DNA from: an archaeon BMS3Abin17
GTDB taxonomy: Archaea > Nanobdellota > Nanobdellia > Pacearchaeales > GW2011-AR1
Direction of reading: 5' to 3'
Assembly (NCBI GenBank): GCA_002897655.1
Contig: BDTJ01000038.1
Span: 1,957-65,956 of the forward strand
Length of the DNA stretch: 64,000 nt
Below, piece after piece: positions 40,337 through 50,828 of the stretch (positions are counted from its first letter, which is position 1; each line of letters opens with the position of its first letter). The position numbers and the translations under genes are program-made. The notes beneath the pieces were generated by a model. That model was not told the DNA's origin. It worked only from the letters and a program-made list of their open reading frames with translations, and ran no database searches.

Positions 40337-42400
40337 ATGAAGGCTTTATTAAAAAAATATTTTGGATATGATTCTTTTAAACCTCTGCAAGAGGAGATTA
40401 TTAATAATGTTCTTAAAAAAGAAGATACTTTTGTTCTTATGCCAACAGGAGGTGGAAAATCTCTTTGCTACCAACTTCCCGCATTAAAATTTGAAGGAGT
40501 TACTATTGTAATTTCTCCCCTTATTTCTCTTATGAAAGATCAAGTAGATAATCTGAATGCAAATGGAATTAATGCAGAATACATTAATTCTTCCCTTTCT
40601 TTTGAAGAAATTGAAGATATCAAGGAAAAAATCCATAAAAAAGAAGTAAAGATTCTTTATGTTGCTCCTGAAAGACTGGCATTGGAAAGTTTTAAAATAT
40701 TTTTAGCAACGATTCAGATAAGTTTAATTGCTATAGATGAGGCACATTGCATCTCTGAATGGGGGCATGATTTTCGGCAGGAATACAGGAATTTGAGATT
40801 TTTAAAGACAATTTTTCCATATGTGCCAATAATTGCTTTGACTGCAACAGCTACATTAAAAGTAAGAGAAGATATCTTGAAACAGCTATCTTTAAAGAAC
40901 CCCCAAATTTCTGTTTCAAGTTTTAACAGGGAAAATCTCAACTTGATTGTGATGGAAAAAAAGAATACTTTTAATAAAATTTTAAGTTTAATTAAAAAAC
41001 ATAAAAATGAATCAGTGATTATTTATTGTTTTTCACGTAAGGATTCAGAGAAAATTGCTCAACGTTTAAGAGAAAATGGATTTAAAGCCCTTCCTTATCA
41101 TGCTGGACTGAATAATGAAACAAGAAAACAAAATCAGGATTTGTTTATTAAAGATAAAGTTGATATTATTGTAGCTACAATTGCATTTGGCATGGGAATT
41201 GATAAACCAGATGTTAGATTGATTATCCACCATACATTTTCAAAAACACTTGAGGGTTATTATCAAGAGATTGGAAGAGCAGGACGTGATGGCTTTTCAA
41301 GTGATTGTGTTTTATTCTATTCATGGGGGGATAAAAGGAAACATGAATTTTTTATTAAACAAATTATGGATGAATTTGCCCAAAAGAAGAGCATGGATCA
41401 ATTAAGGAAAATAATGGACTATTGCGAATATACTTCTTGCAGAAGAAAATATATCTTAAGATATTTTGGCGAAAATTTCCAGGAAGATAATTGTAAGGGT
41501 TGTGATATTTGTTTAAACTTGCAAGAAATAAAAGGAGAGGGGGATAAGAAATTATTCTTTGAAAAAGTAAAAGAAAATATATCTTATGATAAATCTTTAT
41601 TTGAAGAATTGCGTGTTTTGAGGAAGCAAATTGCTAATGAGAAGAATTTCCCCGCCTTTGTAATTTTTGGTGATGTTTCCTTAAGGGAAATGGCATCTTA
41701 CTTTCCAAAGAATAATGAAGAATTCTTAAGAATTAAAGGAGTTGGAGAACAGAAGTTAAATGATTATGGAGAATTATTTTTGGAAGCAATAAATAATTAT
41801 GTGAAGGAAAATGATATTGATGCTATGGGGATTCCTAGAAAGGAAAAGAAAAAGAGTAAAACAAGATTTTTGTCAAAAAACTATCAAAAAACAAAAGAGA
41901 TGATTTTAAAGAAAATCTCAATAGAAGAAATAGCAGGAATACATGGATTCAAAGAAAGAAGAATAATTTACCATATTGAAAAACTTCTAGAGGGTGGGGA
42001 AAACATTGATATCAATTATCTTATACCTTCTAAAGAGAGATTTGAGAGTATAAAATCTGCTTTTGAGGAATTTGGTACTAAACTGCTTGCTCCAATTTAT
42101 AATTATTTTAATGGAGAATTTTCTTATGATGAAATTAGATTAGTAAGAATGGCTATAAAGTTAAAAAATGAAGATGTGGAGAAAGATGATAAAGAAAATA
42201 ATTCAAAAATAGATTATCATCAAAGATTAGAAGAAATCAAAGAAGAATTTCCAAATGCTTATGAATCTTGGGATGAAGATGAAGATAATAAACTAAAAAG
42301 ATTGTTTTCTAAGAATGTTCCTATTCAAGCACTCACAAAAATCTTCAAAAGGCAACCAAGTGCAATTAGATCCAGATTAAGGAAATTTGGGGTTTTGTGA
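40337..42400 (+). CDS. recQ: RecQ-family ATP-dependent DNA helicase
   Basis: Walker A PTGGGKS, DEAH box AIDEAHCISEWGHDFR, helicase C, an RQC Zn-binding Cys cluster and a C-terminal HRDC-like region. Confidence 0.85.
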   Translation: MKALLKKYFGYDSFKPLQEEIINNVLKKEDTFVLMPTGGGKSLCYQLPALKFEGVTIVISPLISLMKDQVDNLNANGINAEYINSSLSFEEIEDIKEKIHKKEVKILYVAPERLALESFKIFLATIQISLIAIDEAHCISEWGHDFRQEYRNLRFLKTIFPYVPIIALTATATLKVREDILKQLSLKNPQISVSSFNRENLNLIVMEKKNTFNKILSLIKKHKNESVIIYCFSRKDSEKIAQRLRENGFKALPYHAGLNNETRKQNQDLFIKDKVDIIVATIAFGMGIDKPDVRLIIHHTFSKTLEGYYQEIGRAGRDGFSSDCVLFYSWGDKRKHEFFIKQIMDEFAQKKSMDQLRKIMDYCEYTSCRRKYILRYFGENFQEDNCKGCDICLNLQEIKGEGDKKLFFEKVKENISYDKSLFEELRVLRKQIANEKNFPAFVIFGDVSLREMASYFPKNNEEFLRIKGVGEQKLNDYGELFLEAINNYVKENDIDAMGIPRKEKKKSKTRFLSKNYQKTKEMILKKISIEEIAGIHGFKERRIIYHIEKLLEGGENIDINYLIPSKERFESIKSAFEEFGTKLLAPIYNYFNGEFSYDEIRLVRMAIKLKNEDVEKDDKENNSKIDYHQRLEEIKEEFPNAYESWDEDEDNKLKRLFSKNVPIQALTKIFKRQPSAIRSRLRKFGVL

Positions 42401-42461
42401 TGGATTAATCTGACTATTAAATTAAGATAAGTTTTTATAATTCTTTGAATATTTTTATATA

Positions 42462-43157
42462 ATGAAGATAAAAGACATTCCAAAAGATGGCAGACCAAGA
42501 GAAAGATTCCTAAAACATGGTCCTGAAACCCTAAGTGATGCAGAACTTTTTGCAATTATTCTTAGAACAGGGACAAGAGGAAAATTAAACAAAGAGAGGG
42601 AACTAATGCCCGGAGAAAACGTGGTTGATATGTCAAACAGATTAATCAAAGAATATGGTTTAGATAAATTATTTGATTGTTCTCTCAAAGAACTCCAGAA
42701 AATTAAAGGCATTGGACCTGCAAAAGCAATGCAGATTTTGTCCATGGCAGAATTAGGTAAAAGATATTCACAATCTAAAAATCCAATAACTAAAATAAAT
42801 GATGCCAAAGATGTTTTTAATTATTTTCATGAAAGACTTAAAGACAAAAAAGAAGAAAATTTCTATATTTTAATGTTAAATACTCAAAATAATATAATTG
42901 GAGAGCAATTAATAAGTAAAGGAATTCTCGATGCTTCAATAATTCACCCAAGAGAAATATTTAAGCCAGCAATTAAAAACAGTGCATCTAAGATAATTTT
43001 AGTGCATAATCATCCATCAGGAGACCCGAATCCCAGTGCAGAAGATGAAGAGATTGCAAAAAGGTTAATGAAAAATGGAGAAGAGCTAGGAATAAAGGTT
43101 TTGGACAATGTAATAATTGGAAATGAAAAGTTTTGGAGTTCGGTTGAGAAAGATTAA
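42462..43157 (+). CDS. radC: RadC-like JAB/MPN domain protein
   Basis: N-terminal HhH region and the JAMM motif HNHPSGDPNPSAED. Confidence 0.8.
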   Translation: MKIKDIPKDGRPRERFLKHGPETLSDAELFAIILRTGTRGKLNKERELMPGENVVDMSNRLIKEYGLDKLFDCSLKELQKIKGIGPAKAMQILSMAELGKRYSQSKNPITKINDAKDVFNYFHERLKDKKEENFYILMLNTQNNIIGEQLISKGILDASIIHPREIFKPAIKNSASKIILVHNHPSGDPNPSAEDEEIAKRLMKNGEELGIKVLDNVIIGNEKFWSSVEKD

Positions 43158-43176
43158 GTTTATCTTTTATCAGTCT

Positions 43177-43818
43177 TCAAAACATCAAATTAACTAAATT
43201 TGGGAATATGTATTTTTCCTTAGGGCAATTAATCTCAAAGTGTTCCTTAAGATATTCATATCCATTTGGATCTAAATCCTGACCATCTGCTGTAACAAAG
43301 TTAAATATTTTCTCTTTTATCTGCTGTAATTGCAATGCGCTGGCCAGAATTTTGCAATCTGCATGATTTGGAATTATGTCATGAATCTTACCAACTAAAT
43401 CTCCATTGATTTGATTTATCGGAATTACTTTTTCATCAACTTTTGTTTTTAAAAATTGTTCGATCTTTATTTCGGAAAGTCTTCTGTCAAGTTTAAGAGA
43501 ATTAGAAACCTCTTCTGAGTTTCCATATTTAAATCTTTCATATATCTGTTTAATAAAAGGAATATCTCTTTTAGATATTAAAGGGCTTTCTTCAAAAGAG
43601 TAGTTGGAATTCTGAAGCTTTCTGAGAACTTCTTTATGAATCCTCGCTCTTTTTTTAATTATCTCACTAAGTTCTCTTAAAACTGCCCAGCACAAAATAA
43701 ATTTTCCAGATTTATTTACAACAAAGAGATAACATTTTTTCACAATATTCCCGGAAGAATCATTATAATTTGAATAATTAAAGATTATATTAGTATCAAG
43801 AAAATTATCCTTTTTCAT
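43177..43818 (-). CDS. PIN-like domain protein
   Basis: N-terminal MKKDNFLDTNIIF (acidic LDTN start typical of PIN) plus later conserved acidic residues. Confidence 0.35.
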   Translation of the reverse strand: MKKDNFLDTNIIFNYSNYNDSSGNIVKKCYLFVVNKSGKFILCWAVLRELSEIIKKRARIHKEVLRKLQNSNYSFEESPLISKRDIPFIKQIYERFKYGNSEEVSNSLKLDRRLSEIKIEQFLKTKVDEKVIPINQINGDLVGKIHDIIPNHADCKILASALQLQQIKEKIFNFVTADGQDLDPNGYEYLKEHFEINCPKEKYIFPNLVNLMF

Positions 43819-44880
43819 TTAATCTTCCCCTGTCCAATTTTCCATTATCTTTCTGATTTCCTGAACTTCTTTAGATACTTCTAATGAATCTACATCAAAA
43901 TTTGCAAGATTAGTAATATAAATTGAATTTAAATCAGAAAGGGCCTCTTTAAGTGTTCTTTTTCTGTCCTCAAAGATATTTCCCAGATAAAAATTCATGA
44001 TAATTTCTTTTTCCATAACATTTGACCCGGTAGTTTTACTTTTATATAATTTATACAATGCTATCAGTTTCCAGAGAGAATCAAATGCAATAAAAATTTC
44101 TTTTCTATAATCCTGAAGTTTTAAGCCAATTAAATTCATTTTTCCCATTATTGAGATGGCTTTTTCTGTTAGGTCAAATATTTCCGGAAATTCAGGATTT
44201 ACAGGACAGGCAATAAAAAACTTATTCAGCAGATTTTCAATTTCTTGGTTTTTCCATTCAGATTTATTTAAAATATTAAAAATTTCATCAGAAAGAACAT
44301 ATAACTCTTCACCATATTTCTTGTGTTGCTCTTTTTGTATCTGAACAGAGCCTTTTTTTCTGTTTTCATCTGCAAATTCTTTAATTAAATTTTGGACTTT
44401 AACTTTATGTTTTAAATTATATTCTTCATGATATTCTGCAGTTGGATCCACCATTATCTGGGGCACCATGCCGTATAAATACCAAACAATCGGCAAATCA
44501 TTTAATCCGGATTCTTTATTATCAATAACATGCACTGCACATTTTGCAAGATGTGTTTTTGAAGGAATTCTTCCATGTTTTTTATATTCTTGTTTTATAA
44601 TGTAAAATAAAGTTCTAAATTTTTTCCTTTGTTCATCAGTTATTGGAAAATCAAAATAAGTATCCCCCATTACCTTTTGATATAATGTTAGCTTCTCTGT
44701 CGAGATGACCTCTTTAATTCTTCCCTCTTCACCCAGTTCTTTCACAAATTTCTCCACAGTCAGCCAGTTCGAATCAATGTCATTGCTTATTTGCTGGATA
44801 GTAAGAGGCTTTAACCATAAGATGTCAAGAATTCTCTCCTTTACCTCTTCACCCTTGCGCTTCATATGCACATCATGCAA
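43819..44880 (-). CDS. Hypothetical protein with an N-terminal wHTH
   Basis: 353 aa; abuts the PIN-like ORF in the same orientation. Confidence 0.35.
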   Translation of the reverse strand: MHDVHMKRKGEEVKERILDILWLKPLTIQQISNDIDSNWLTVEKFVKELGEEGRIKEVISTEKLTLYQKVMGDTYFDFPITDEQRKKFRTLFYIIKQEYKKHGRIPSKTHLAKCAVHVIDNKESGLNDLPIVWYLYGMVPQIMVDPTAEYHEEYNLKHKVKVQNLIKEFADENRKKGSVQIQKEQHKKYGEELYVLSDEIFNILNKSEWKNQEIENLLNKFFIACPVNPEFPEIFDLTEKAISIMGKMNLIGLKLQDYRKEIFIAFDSLWKLIALYKLYKSKTTGSNVMEKEIIMNFYLGNIFEDRKRTLKEALSDLNSIYITNLANFDVDSLEVSKEVQEIRKIMENWTGED

Positions 44881-44958
44881 AAACAGTTTTTAAATCTTTG
44901 GCTATCCGTTATATGATGTAATGGGCTGTTTTATCTTTTATAAGGTGGTGTTTTGGTT

Positions 44959-45318
44959 TCATTTGTCTTTTAAAGATATTCTAAAATCCCTTTCTTTTTT
45001 AATCAGGTCCAGGATTTCACTATCAAGTTCCTTCTTTCTGACTGCAGGAGCAAGTTTAAAATAATTTAAAGATGAAAATTTATCATATAAGCCTTTATTT
45101 TTAATGAGATTTACAAAGTTTTCTTTATCTTCAGGGTAAATAATCTTTTCATACTCCTTTACTGAACATTTTTTATTTGTTCCAAAAAGAATATCAGTAT
45201 TTTTTTCTTTAGCTAATTCAATAATTTTTATTTTAATTTCCTTCTCTTTCAGTTCTATTTCACTTTTTAATTTTTGAATTCTTTCAAATTCATCAACTAA
45301 ACCATCATCATTTGCCAT
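44959..45318 (-). CDS. Stand-alone homologue of the C-terminal domain of the Cas4-like nuclease at 60395-61576
   Basis: KKCSVKEYEKIIYPEDKENFVNLIKNKGLYDKF...ERDFRISLKDK aligns with KKASVREFDRIVMPEGEDKAKFLQLLKDKGVYEEC...EKDYRISLSRRK. Confidence 0.45.
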   Translation of the reverse strand: MANDDGLVDEFERIQKLKSEIELKEKEIKIKIIELAKEKNTDILFGTNKKCSVKEYEKIIYPEDKENFVNLIKNKGLYDKFSSLNYFKLAPAVRKKELDSEILDLIKKERDFRISLKDK

Positions 45319-45916
45319 TTTTTATATCCTGTATTTTAATCTCAAGTTCTTTTTCTTCACCAAAATCATATGTAAATCTAAAAGAATCCTTTTTATTCAG
45401 TCCTCCTGCTTCAAGAACAAAACCTATTTTATAATCATCAAGTCCGTCGAATCTTTCCTGCCATTCATCGCAAAGAGTTCCAAAAACATATTTTCCAATA
45501 TGGAATTCATATAAATGCCCAGGATCTAAATCAAATTCCTGTTCTATTCTTTCAAATAAATCTCTCAATGTCTTATTTCCATTGATTTCTATTTCTGAAT
45601 TGTCTTTCTTCCCAGAGATTTTAAATATAAAGGTTTTATCCATCCCAGCCCATTTAAAGTTCTTTAATTCTAATCTCTTCTTTTCATGTTCAATTAGGTT
45701 TGTAATCCTGTCAAAATCTGCTTCTTCAAACATGCTTATTTCTTTTGCTTTAGATAAACCTTCTTTGAGGTCTTTAATAAGAAGTTTTGTAAACCTCTCT
45801 TTAGTCAGTTTTTCCATTTCAGATAGTTTTTCCAGCATTGATTTTTTAGTTTGTTTTGATTGTTGAGCTGGCATTTTATTTTTTGGCTTCACTTGTGAAT
45901 TTTTTATTTTTATCAT
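45308..45916 (-). CDS. Hypothetical protein, partner of the 119-aa ORF
   Basis: 202 aa; overlaps the downstream ORF by 11 nt. Confidence 0.35.
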   Translation of the reverse strand: MIKIKNSQVKPKNKMPAQQSKQTKKSMLEKLSEMEKLTKERFTKLLIKDLKEGLSKAKEISMFEEADFDRITNLIEHEKKRLELKNFKWAGMDKTFIFKISGKKDNSEIEINGNKTLRDLFERIEQEFDLDPGHLYEFHIGKYVFGTLCDEWQERFDGLDDYKIGFVLEAGGLNKKDSFRFTYDFGEEKELEIKIQDIKNGK

Positions 45917-45934
45917 TTTTGATTTAATTGATAG

Positions 45935-46367
45935 TTATCTTTTATCAACCCAGGCTTTAGAATAACCTTTTTTCTCATAAATTTCTTTCATTCTTTCCGG
46001 TGCAAGTTCAGGATTTTCAATTTCATCGACTCTTTCGCTTCCTACTTTTGCCAACCATAGTTTAAATGGCTCTGCTTTCCTTGAAGGAATTGATTGGATT
46101 ATTCTGAATATTGTTTCCACAATCTGTTAGATAATATTTTCCATCAGAAGATTTAAATTTTAGTTGTCCGATTTTTGCGGACAACTCAGAACCTTCTTGT
46201 TTAAGTTTTACTTTCAAATCAGACCAGTATTTTCTAGGACGAGCACTTTCAGTCAAAATCGCAACAATATCTATAATAGAATAAAACCATGCTCCTTCAT
46301 TCAATGTTTTGGGGTACACTGAGCAGTGCTTATTATCTATCCAAATCCTTCTTATTTTCAAAAACAA
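45935..46367 (-). pseudogene. Bro-N/DinD-like (antirepressor-family) gene split by a frameshift
   Basis: Two overlapping ORFs (46062-46367 and 45935-46120). Together they give a Bro-N-like sequence: ...SIPSRKAEPFKLWLAKVGSERVDEI. Confidence 0.4.
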
Positions 46368-46880
46368 TTAATTTTTTACCTCGAAGAGGTCTTGCCCCTC
46401 TTTGGGGTTCTCGTGACCTTTGATTATCTTTTTCATCCATCTTCAACCTCTGAAACCTCGAATACTTTTCTTAATTCCTCAAGTTTTTTCTTATCCAAGT
46501 AAATAAAAATAAAATATTCTTTTTTTCCAATATCAATGCTCCTTATTCCGATTTCTAGATAATCCATTTTTTTAAATTTATCAGAAAATAAACCAAATAC
46601 ATTTACATCTTTTCTTAGGATAATTACAAAAAAACCCACTGATTTTTTATCAATTAAATCAAAAATTTCATCAAAGGTTTTATCTGCTTTTTCTCTTCTA
46701 AGCGATTTACTGCAATCTAACACATCAACTTTTATAATTTTGCTATTCTCTTTAGCCCATTTTAAGACTTTCTTTATTTTTTTAACATTCTTTTTTTTCA
46801 ATTCATAAAAAATATCACCCATCTTCAACCTCCAAACCAACCTTCTTCAAATTTAATATCTTTCTGATTCATTTTTCACA

Positions 46881-48308
46881 TTAATTTTTAACAATCCAGC
46901 TCCCCCCTTTATCAGGACCAATTCTTTTAATAATACTTTTCTGCTTTAATTGTTTAATATTTTTTTTAATTCCTTCAAGGCTTAATCTTAATTCATTTGC
47001 TAATTCTTCTCCAGTAATCTTAGGATTCCTGCTCATAAGATAGATTATTCTTAGTTGGGTCTTATTTGTTTCAGGGTACTTTTCAGAGTACTTTTCAGGG
47101 TACTTTTCAGAGGCATTTCCATCAAATTTAACTTTAAGAGGAAAACTAATTTTATAAAAAGTTGTTCCATCTTCTACAATAGGTTCAGTTTTATAATAAG
47201 ATTTCCAACCATTAAACATCTTATCAAAACCATATCCTGCATTTTCAGCTAACTTTAAAACTCTAAAGAGCTTTATTAAAATAGGATTTCTTGGAAAAGT
47301 TAGTTCTTGTTTTCTTAGCACTTCCACAGGAACAGGCAAACTCCCGGGATTCATAAATTCAATTCTATCTAAAAAAACTCGAATTCTCGGTTTCATAGTG
47401 CTAAAATAGTCTGAATGTGCCAATAAATTCACAATTGCCTCTCTAATTGCAAGAACTTGCGGTTGATTTTCATCCCTAAAAAATCCCTTGAGTTTAAAGG
47501 GGATATCTATTTTAGTGTGTAATCTTTCAGATAAACTAAAAAAATAATTAAAAAGATTTTTTTGCAAAGGCATTCTATATGTATATCTTTCTGGAGCATC
47601 GGCATAGGAAGTCCCATGAATTTCTAAATAATCTATCATAAAATTTGGGAAGATCTTGCTGATAGAATCCTCGGTTCCAAACATTAAAAGTCCTGCAATA
47701 CTCACCTCCTTATTAATCGTTACCCTTAATTTCTCAAAGATTTTTTCCTGAGATAGTTCATTATAAGGGTTTGAGGGATCTAGATTTCTTAGATAATTCC
47801 TAAATCTTTCTAATGTCTCATTATCTAAATCTTTTAATTTAAATTCAGTGGTTTCTTTATCTTTGGTTCCAAAAGCAGAATCTCTAAACATAGAATTAAC
47901 TTCCTCCTGTGTTGCTCTTTGATCTCCACTTCCAGAACGAATAAAAGTATTTTTTGGATTATTATAAAAAACAGGTTTGTTTTCAGAAAGAGGAATATAA
48001 AATGCCAAGATAGTTTTATCTTCAAATTTATACTTTTTTGATTTCACTTTAATTACAGAATTGAATTTAGATTTGTTCCTCAAAACAGTTGTAAAATCTT
48101 GTTCAATTTTTTCAGGGGTTTTAACTCCCCGAATGGAATACTTTTTTCCTTCTTTCCTGACTCCAAAAATTAACCATCCCCCATTAGTGTTTGCAAATGC
48201 AGAAATACTCTCCCAACTATTTTTTGGAATTTCTGATTTTGCTTCTTTAACTTCAAAATCTTCCCATTCAATGTCCTGTAGTTTTTTTATCAATTCACCT
48301 TTGTTCAT
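46881..48308 (-). CDS. AlbA_2 (Schlafen-like divergent AAA) plus HATPase_c_4 putative DNA-binding regulator
   Basis: SAFANTNGGWLIFGV is the AlbA_2 signature. C-terminal HTH. 13-bp tandem repeat at 47073-47112 encoding YPEKYSEKYPE. Confidence 0.55.
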   Translation of the reverse strand: MNKGELIKKLQDIEWEDFEVKEAKSEIPKNSWESISAFANTNGGWLIFGVRKEGKKYSIRGVKTPEKIEQDFTTVLRNKSKFNSVIKVKSKKYKFEDKTILAFYIPLSENKPVFYNNPKNTFIRSGSGDQRATQEEVNSMFRDSAFGTKDKETTEFKLKDLDNETLERFRNYLRNLDPSNPYNELSQEKIFEKLRVTINKEVSIAGLLMFGTEDSISKIFPNFMIDYLEIHGTSYADAPERYTYRMPLQKNLFNYFFSLSERLHTKIDIPFKLKGFFRDENQPQVLAIREAIVNLLAHSDYFSTMKPRIRVFLDRIEFMNPGSLPVPVEVLRKQELTFPRNPILIKLFRVLKLAENAGYGFDKMFNGWKSYYKTEPIVEDGTTFYKISFPLKVKFDGNASEKYPEKYSEKYPETNKTQLRIIYLMSRNPKITGEELANELRLSLEGIKKNIKQLKQKSIIKRIGPDKGGSWIVKN

Positions 48309-48570
48309 TTTACTCCAAAACCAACCTTCTTCTTAGTTCCATTAACAGGCACACCGTGAGTTCTGTTTATCCCCTGATTAATTAATTCTTTTTTTGCATC
48401 TTCTTTTTCCATTCATTTCTTCCTCAACTTTATTTCACCTTTTTTGGCAGATGCTTCAAGTTCATCACCTTCCTTAAGAGAAGAATCTTTGACTATTTTT
48501 TTTGGTAATACAATAACGTATTTGTGATAGATTTTATCACCTCTTTTTTTAGATAATTGTTTTTGGATTT

Positions 48571-49152
48571 TCATTTTTTATTCTCAAATTTTTTAATAAA
48601 CCACAACCTTATGAACATAGGGGGATGAAGAATCCACTTATTATATATCTTACCTATTGAAAAAGGAATATAGTCATTATAATCATAAACTTTTCTTAAA
48701 GTAGAACTTAACAATCCTTTTTCAGTTCTTTTTAGAGAATGAATATCTGCAAGTATCTCCTTTGGCCAACAAAATAAGGCTTCTAGTATTGCCCCCATTA
48801 AAATTAAAACTGGAAAAAATCCAATTAAAATAGCAAAAGTAATAATTGCTGGAACTTTAAGTAAAAAGAAAATTATTTCTTGATTAAAAGTTAATACAAA
48901 CCATAATGCAATGGATAAACTAATTAAAAAAGGCAGTATTGATAATATTTGGTTAAAGGGAGTTAAATGCCCCGCTTCATGGAGAAGTACAGAATTGTAT
49001 TCTTTTGGATTTAAGAAGGTCTTTATCCTCCCAGTCACAATAATAGTTTTACCATCTAATTTTGCCCACGCATTAACTTCAGCAGGCTTTGTTTTAATAA
49101 TGACTTTTTTTCCATCAAGAATTTTAGACTCCTTTAATTTCATAATTTTCAT
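48571..49152 (-). CDS. Membrane zinc metalloprotease-like protein (HExxH)
   Basis: Motif LLHEAGHL followed by three or four TM helices. Confidence 0.4.
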   Translation of the reverse strand: MKIMKLKESKILDGKKVIIKTKPAEVNAWAKLDGKTIIVTGRIKTFLNPKEYNSVLLHEAGHLTPFNQILSILPFLISLSIALWFVLTFNQEIIFFLLKVPAIITFAILIGFFPVLILMGAILEALFCWPKEILADIHSLKRTEKGLLSSTLRKVYDYNDYIPFSIGKIYNKWILHPPMFIRLWFIKKFENKK

Positions 49153-49373
49153 AATTCAATGAAGTATTTATGTTTTTCTGTACCGAAACTACTTAAGAGT
49201 AAAGACGTCTGTACCGAAAGATATATAATGTGTCTGTACCTACAAACGTTATGCCACTCTGCTACCACAAAGAAGCCTTTGTTTCAGGGGCTGTATCTGC
49301 CCTTTTCCTGTTTGCAGTGATAACTCTCTTTGAGGATGTTATTTGGGGGTGGTTTGGGAGGGTTAGGGAAAAG

Positions 49374-50828
49374 TTAATCTTTAAGGTCACTTTGAATTTC
49401 TTTTAATTGTTCTAAGGCAGATTCTAATTCTTCTGTTAATTCATCTGCAATAATATCAGGATCAGGAAGTTTGTCTAAATCATCTAAACTTTCATCTTTT
49501 AACCAGAAAATATCTAGATTAGTCTTATCTCTCTTTAGTATCTCTTCGTAACTAAAACATTTAAATCGTTCAGACTCTTTTCTTTTATGTCTATTGTTAG
49601 GATTATAGCATTTTACAAAATCATCTAAATCTTCTTCTTTTAAGGTATTTTCTTTTAATGTAAAATGTTTATTTGTTCTTAAGTCATAAATCCATATTTT
49701 AGAAGTTTGGGATTGTTTTGAAGCTTCTCTTTTATCAAAAAATAAGACATTCGCTTTAACACCCTGAGCATAAAATATTCCTGTTGGTAATCTCAATATT
49801 GTGTGTAAATCACAAGTTTCCATTAATTTCTTCCTTATTATTTCTCCTGCTCCACCTTCAAATAGAACATTATCTGGAAGAACGATTGCTGCCCTCCCAT
49901 TTATCTTTAATATGCTTTTTACGTGTTGTAAAAAGTTTAATTGTTTATTACTTGTTTCTGTCCAAAAGTCATCTCTTACAACTGTTAAGGTCTGTTTAGA
50001 TGTTTCTCCTTCTTCTGTTACAATTGTCTCAGAAGATTTTTTTCCAAAAGGAGGATTTGTCAGAACTATATCATAAACTGCCCCTGGATTTTTCTTCAAG
50101 GAATCCTCAAGGCTTATTGGGCTTTGTTCTCCATTGATCCCATGTAGATATAAATTCATTACACAAAGTCTTGCAACCATTGGGACAATATCATTTCCAC
50201 TAAATGTCTTGTGTTTTAATTTTATATTTTGGTCTCTGTCTAATTCATAATTTTTAACAATATGATTATATGCAGAAAGTAAAAATCCTCCTGTTCCAGA
50301 AGCAGGATCATGAATTTTTATTCCTGGTTCTGGTTTTATAACTTTAACAATTGAGTTAATTAAGGGTCTTGGTGTGAAATATTGCCCTGCTCCGCCCTTA
50401 ACATCTGCCGCATTTTTTTCTAAAAGCCCTTCATAAGCATCACCTTTAACATCTGCATCTAAGTTCAACCAATTTTCTTTGTTTATTAAATCAACAATTA
50501 ATTTTCTTAATTTCGCAGGATCTTGTATTCTATTTTGAGATTTTCTGAATATAACCCCTATAATTCCAGATTCTTTTCCCAATTCATTTAATAATTTAAT
50601 ATAATGTCTTTCTAGTTCTGGACCTTCTTTGTCTAAAAGAGATTGCCAATTATATTTCTTAGGAATATCGCTTTTTTTACTGTAAGGAGGCTTTGTTCTC
50701 TCATCATCCATTTTCAAAAACAGCAGATATGTCAGTTGTTCAACGTAATCCCCATAAGAAAGACCGTCATCTCTAAGTACATTACAATAATTCCATAATT
50801 TACTTACTAATTGTTGTGATGTTGTCAT
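49374..50828 (-). CDS. hsdM: Type I restriction-modification methyltransferase subunit
   Basis: HsdM N-terminal region, an AdoMet pocket and the motif NPPFG (LTNPPFGKKS). Confidence 0.9.
   Translation of the reverse strand: MTTSQQLVSKLWNYCNVLRDDGLSYGDYVEQLTYLLFLKMDDERTKPPYSKKSDIPKKYNWQSLLDKEGPELERHYIKLLNELGKESGIIGVIFRKSQNRIQDPAKLRKLIVDLINKENWLNLDADVKGDAYEGLLEKNAADVKGGAGQYFTPRPLINSIVKVIKPEPGIKIHDPASGTGGFLLSAYNHIVKNYELDRDQNIKLKHKTFSGNDIVPMVARLCVMNLYLHGINGEQSPISLEDSLKKNPGAVYDIVLTNPPFGKKSSETIVTEEGETSKQTLTVVRDDFWTETSNKQLNFLQHVKSILKINGRAAIVLPDNVLFEGGAGEIIRKKLMETCDLHTILRLPTGIFYAQGVKANVLFFDKREASKQSQTSKIWIYDLRTNKHFTLKENTLKEEDLDDFVKCYNPNNRHKRKESERFKCFSYEEILKRDKTNLDIFWLKDESLDDLDKLPDPDIIADELTEELESALEQLKEIQSDLKD

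Noticed and set aside
42455-42808. 117-aa minus-strand ORF
   Set aside because: It is antisense within radC.
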